Source: Candidatus Latescibacterota bacterium (GTDB taxonomy: Bacteria; Latescibacterota; CBDEFO01). From it: DNA of 64,000 nucleotides. The translations under genes and the position numbers were made by a program. The notes under the pieces were generated by a model that worked only from the letters and a program-made list of their open reading frames with translations, was not told the DNA's origin and ran no database searches. Shown here piece after piece: positions 61,661 to 64,000 of this stretch (position 1 is the stretch's first letter; every line of letters begins with the position of its first letter). The stretch spans positions 320,001-384,000 of the forward strand of contig CBDEFO010000008.1 in assembly GCA_965237525.1 (NCBI GenBank), in the 5' to 3' direction.

Positions 61661-63202
61661 ATGGCTAAACACGCTAAATACACTAAGTACGGAATTATCT
61701 ACAACAGGGACGGCGGTCCACACGGCTGCTCTGAGGTGCCGCAGTCGATGGAAGCGTTCCTGGAGAAGGTATACCCCCCGTTGGAGGACACTCAGGTGGG
61801 TGCTCTCTTCTGGTGCGTTGGAATTCATAGTGCTCACTGGAATAGCGATGTCCTGGAGCTGCGCGGCGACGGCCACGGCCGACGCTATGAGAGCGCCGAT
61901 GCCTACACCAGCACTGAGAACGTCCGTCAAATGTTAGAGCGGGGTGAAGATGCGCAAGAGGCGCTGATCGAGCGGGGTCATCAATTAGGTCTGGATGTCT
62001 ATGCATCGGTTCGCATGAACGACAATCACTTCAACGGCGCCCAGGTGGAGGACCTTGCGAAGATGTACGGCACGGGACTGACGCGCATGCGGATCGAACA
62101 TCCGGAGTGGCTCTTAGGCGACCAGACATCAGAGTGGTTTGCCCTTTCGTGGAATCTCGCGGTGCCCGAAGTGCGGGAGCACCGCTTCCTACATATCAAA
62201 GAGATATGCCAGCTCTACGACTGGGACGGCATCGAGCTGGACTGGCAGCGCCACGCCTTCCATTTCCCGGAGGACGATGCCTACAGGCTCCGCTACCTCC
62301 TGACTGACCTCCAGAGGGCTGTGCGCAGGATGACAGATGACATAGCAAAAGAGCGCGGCAGACCCTTCTACGTAGCCGCTCGCGTAGCTGGGACTCTCGA
62401 GATGTGCCGCAACATCGGCTACGATATTCCCACCTGGATCGACGAAGGTCTCCTAGACATCATAATTCCCGCAGGAGGTGGAGAGACCGACCCTGCGCTC
62501 GATGTGGCAGCCTTTGTCCAGATGTGCAGGGGTACGGATATCGCTGTCTACCCCGGATTTGACTGCGGACTTCCAGAACCCTCTGTGGGCCCTGAAGACG
62601 CAGGGACCAAAGATAGGATGCGCACACGTGCCATCGCAAGCCGCTACCACAGGGCGGGCGCGGACGGTATCTACGTATTCAACTGGGGGACTTCCAGACC
62701 CGAACTCTTATGTCAGGTCGGCTCCTATGATACTCTGCGGGGTAAGGACAGAATCTATGCGGCTGCGCACCGTTTCATCAAGAAGGAAGGCCAGTGGCGC
62801 GGGGCCTTCCGTATCGACTGTATCTGGGGCGAAGTGCCGGTTGCGCTGAAACGTACGTTTACAGATGGAGGCCCGACAATCACACTGAACGTCGCGGATG
62901 ACCTATCGGCTGATGTGCCGGAGAGCGTTGAGCTTAGGGTCCGGCTCGACCAGTGGGTGAAAGGCGATGTGGTGCACGTCTTCTGGGATGGATCAATGTT
63001 GGAGGATCTCCACGCGAGCTACTGCTCCCCCGGCGATATCTCGGATGTGAGCGATACAGTATGGCTGCGCTCAGAGATGGATCGTTCGAAAGTCGCGGTA
63101 GGTCCCCATAAGGTGAAAGTTACACTTTCAGAGCGCAATCCTAAAGTGGTCTGCGATATAGTGCTGACGGACGTGGAATTGGTTATACGATATCCTAATT
63201 AA
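61661..63202 (+). CDS. glycoside-hydrolase-like protein, copy 4
   Basis: Most divergent paralog. Confidence 0.75.
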   Translation: MAKHAKYTKYGIIYNRDGGPHGCSEVPQSMEAFLEKVYPPLEDTQVGALFWCVGIHSAHWNSDVLELRGDGHGRRYESADAYTSTENVRQMLERGEDAQEALIERGHQLGLDVYASVRMNDNHFNGAQVEDLAKMYGTGLTRMRIEHPEWLLGDQTSEWFALSWNLAVPEVREHRFLHIKEICQLYDWDGIELDWQRHAFHFPEDDAYRLRYLLTDLQRAVRRMTDDIAKERGRPFYVAARVAGTLEMCRNIGYDIPTWIDEGLLDIIIPAGGGETDPALDVAAFVQMCRGTDIAVYPGFDCGLPEPSVGPEDAGTKDRMRTRAIASRYHRAGADGIYVFNWGTSRPELLCQVGSYDTLRGKDRIYAAAHRFIKKEGQWRGAFRIDCIWGEVPVALKRTFTDGGPTITLNVADDLSADVPESVELRVRLDQWVKGDVVHVFWDGSMLEDLHASYCSPGDISDVSDTVWLRSEMDRSKVAVGPHKVKVTLSERNPKVVCDIVLTDVELVIRYPN

Positions 63203-63440
63203 GGATACGGTAGATAGGCACCCGCTTGAATCCATCGGAGGCAGGGGGGTACCAAAGCCCCGAATGTGCGCTCCTCACTGTAGAGTTAATTGTCTGTTCT
63301 ATCTATACAGCGATTGAGGCAGATAAAGAGTAAGTAATTCGATAAATCAGGCTCTAGCTGCTCCCAAAGGGGGGTCGTCTTATTCCCTTCTGGAGCCTGA
63401 AGAGGTCATTTGGTGTGAATAACTCTGTAGAGATAACAGA

Positions 63441-63905
63441 ATGTCGGCACAAATAATATTGATGTCTCACGTCGCCTTTGGACTTTTGGGAATACTTGCA
63501 GCTATGTGGATATTTGTGGAGGTCCTAAATGTCACTTATCGCAACAAAGACAGGATAAGATATATGAGCATGGCAGTGGCCGTCTTTGTGTGGGCTTCGT
63601 TCTTGCTCGGAGGGTATTGGTATATGACTTACTACGGAGGTGACAGGGGTATAATAAAGGCCGGCCCCTAGCCGTGGGCGCACTTGTTTTTCATGGAGGC
63701 AAAGGAGCACCTGTCCTTCATGTTTCTTGTACTCGGTACGTACCTGCCGATTGTAGTCAACGATAACCGCCCACTTGCCGAAAGAGGCGCCCGGACTCTG
63801 ACGTTGACAGTTACAGGATTGATCGTACTTTTGGGACTTACAATGGAAGGATTCGGAGCCGTGATAAGCCTTGCGGTCAAGAGGGGGCTCTTAGGGAGTG
63901 ACTGA
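63441..63905 (+). pseudogene. membrane protein with internal TAG (AGP*PWAH)
   Basis: Two in-frame hydrophobic ORFs separated by TAG at 63669-63671. Confidence 0.65.
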
Positions 63906-64000
63906 AATATCCCACAAGAAGAGCGGGAAATACGCCGTAGGATTCGGACTGTCGTTTGTGATGGCGAGCCTGTTCAATGCGCTGGTTGTGGTTTTAAAGG

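Noticed and set aside
56949..63202. Diversity-generating retroelement behind the paralog variation
   Set aside because: No reverse transcriptase in the window, and differences are not adenine-specific
63669..63671. Pyrrolysine or stop-codon reassignment at in-frame TAG (also 38472)
   Set aside because: Both sit where Trp (TGG) is expected, and many genes here end normally in TAG
1..64000. tRNA or rRNA genes
   Set aside because: None recognised by eye; tRNAscan-SE/barrnap not run

Overview
This window is bacterial chromosomal DNA. Secreted proteins carry 'NFPNPFNP' FlgD/T9SS-type tails, a dockerin-like tail and a 'VEAISWGQIK' tail, which point to a Latescibacterota-like or related FCB/PVC-adjacent host (inference). 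The standout feature is a set of IS1595-family transposons that each carry a restriction-modification (RM) system translationally coupled to the transposase. Element 1 (<1..2829) and element 2 (16391..20527; 23-bp TIRs, 8-bp TSD, splits a secreted-protein gene) share a near-identical transposase and a near-identical ~57-aa downstream ORF. Between these two anchors they carry unrelated MTase+REase pairs, which looks like a swappable RM cargo slot. Element 2 also has an internal spare right end followed by a second small-ORF module. Element 3 (37666..40224; perfect 27-bp IR) carries an MTase-Mrr fusion interrupted at a G8 tract. It appears to be the right arm of a composite (35733..40222, TSD TACAAATA) that also holds a second transposase stub and an orphan phage major-capsid gene. 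Other content: a sigma54-driven cluster of two serpins, vWA and VIT proteins; a CUAEP-tail radical SAM selenoprotein cluster with ATP-grasp, NfuA, FIST, TenA and NHL-thioredoxin genes; four tandem mosaic glycoside-hydrolase-like paralogs; an IS481-like element; housekeeping genes; dispersed palindromic repeats, some in-frame within genes; and several pseudogenes.
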